Positions 62,992 through 64,000 of a stretch of 64,000 bases of DNA are shown here, one piece after another. The stretch is from Tubiluchus corallicola (Eukaryota > Animalia > Priapulida), in assembly GCA_030141605.1 (NCBI GenBank), contig JAQGDQ010000387.1, forward strand, positions 157,225 through 221,224. The letters are read 5' to 3'. Under the pieces are notes generated by a model. That model saw only the letters and a program-made list of their open reading frames with translations, did not search any database and was not told the origin of the DNA. Position 1 is the first letter of the stretch, and the number at the start of each line of letters is the position of its first letter. The position numbers and the translations under genes are program-made.

Positions 62992-63041
62992 ATCTACAGT
63001 TTAGAAATATTATATATATATAATATTTCTAAACTGTAGAT
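62992..63041. repeat. Perfect 50-bp palindrome
   Basis: atctacagtttagaaatatta-tatatata-taatatttctaaactgtagat. Confidence 0.95.
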
Positions 63042-63852
63042 TGGAGTGAAGAAGGACAGAAAAATGGAAAAACAAATAATTCAGATCAAAGTGGAAATAC
63101 TAGAAACAAGAAGGAAAACCGAAAAAACAAAATTAAGCAAATCTACACCAAAAACGCTTTTGATTTTTGATTTCTGACTGCATCATACGCCAGGGTCTTG
63201 ACAAAAGCACATCGGAATGACGAACTTCCACTGAACAGATGATAGTAACGTATTGTGCGCAGGTATAGTTATGTATGCAATTATTAATTCTACAAATGGA
63301 AAGTAATTATCTCTAGTCGTGGGTGTGGATGAAACATCGCTAAAGGCAACACGGTTAGACTGTACCAACGAGTAAAAGTTCAAATCCGTTCGTTGTTCCA
63401 GTTTCCATAATGCGGATTCTACCAGTGGCCTAGATAGGCGGCCAAGCAAGCTGTGCGTAAACAAGTATCGTCCCGCTGTTGGTCAACGTCCTAGGATGAC
63501 CCCCGTGTGGCCCCGATAGCTGTATAACTCATCTTCGTTGTGGACATACTTTTTCTTTTTGGGGGGTACTATTTACCTTCATTTTCTACGGATAATAATC
63601 GTTTGCATCACCACCAACGAGGTCTTTGATGTGCAGGTGTCACTGCGCGAAAAAACGAGGGTGTACTAATTAGCCGATGGCCGGAGTCTCTCACTGCGTC
63701 AATTAACGTATGCAGTATCCCGCCCCCACTGACCTTGAGTATATAATTATACTACGATTTCCAAAGATCAACGAAATATGTAAGTGCGCCGATAGGCCTC
63801 CACAATCCTTGTTTACTAGTACTTTGTACAGTATTCTGAATTCTCAGCTCAA

Positions 63853-64000
<148 letters not shown>

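Noticed and set aside
63183-63464. 93-aa minus-strand ORF
   Set aside because: Non-ATG start, no recognisable domain or splice partners.

Overview
AT-rich, intron-rich animal DNA, probably an invertebrate; I cannot assign the species. It is not prokaryotic and has no CRISPR array or operon. Four protein-coding genes can be rebuilt by hand from GT-AG splice sites and consistent phases. (1) The 3' eight coding exons of BABAM2/BRE (BRCC45), + strand, 378-10782; the last exon carries an in-frame TAG just before the conserved YPYSPRW motif. (2) A rhodopsin-class orphan GPCR with an intronless CDS, nested antisense in a BABAM2 intron (5019-5987). (3) A complete 18-exon mitochondrial IF2 gene (MTIF2), + strand, 17561-36834, about 730 aa. 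(4) PRDM1/Blimp-1 (PR/SET domain plus 5 zinc fingers), - strand, 39448-42916, about 883 aa, convergent with MTIF2. The last ~20 kb upstream of Blimp-1 has no recognisable gene but holds candidate cis-regulatory modules: an IR1 ecdysone-response-type element with E-box and CRE, paired Blimp-1/IRF sites, and CCAAT/NRF1/ETS clusters. Introns and intergenic DNA contain pogo/Tigger-like and hAT MITEs, RTE and L2 LINE remnants, a probable tRNA-5S chimeric SINE family, mini- and microsatellites and palindromes. Homology calls come from remembered motifs, not from database searches.
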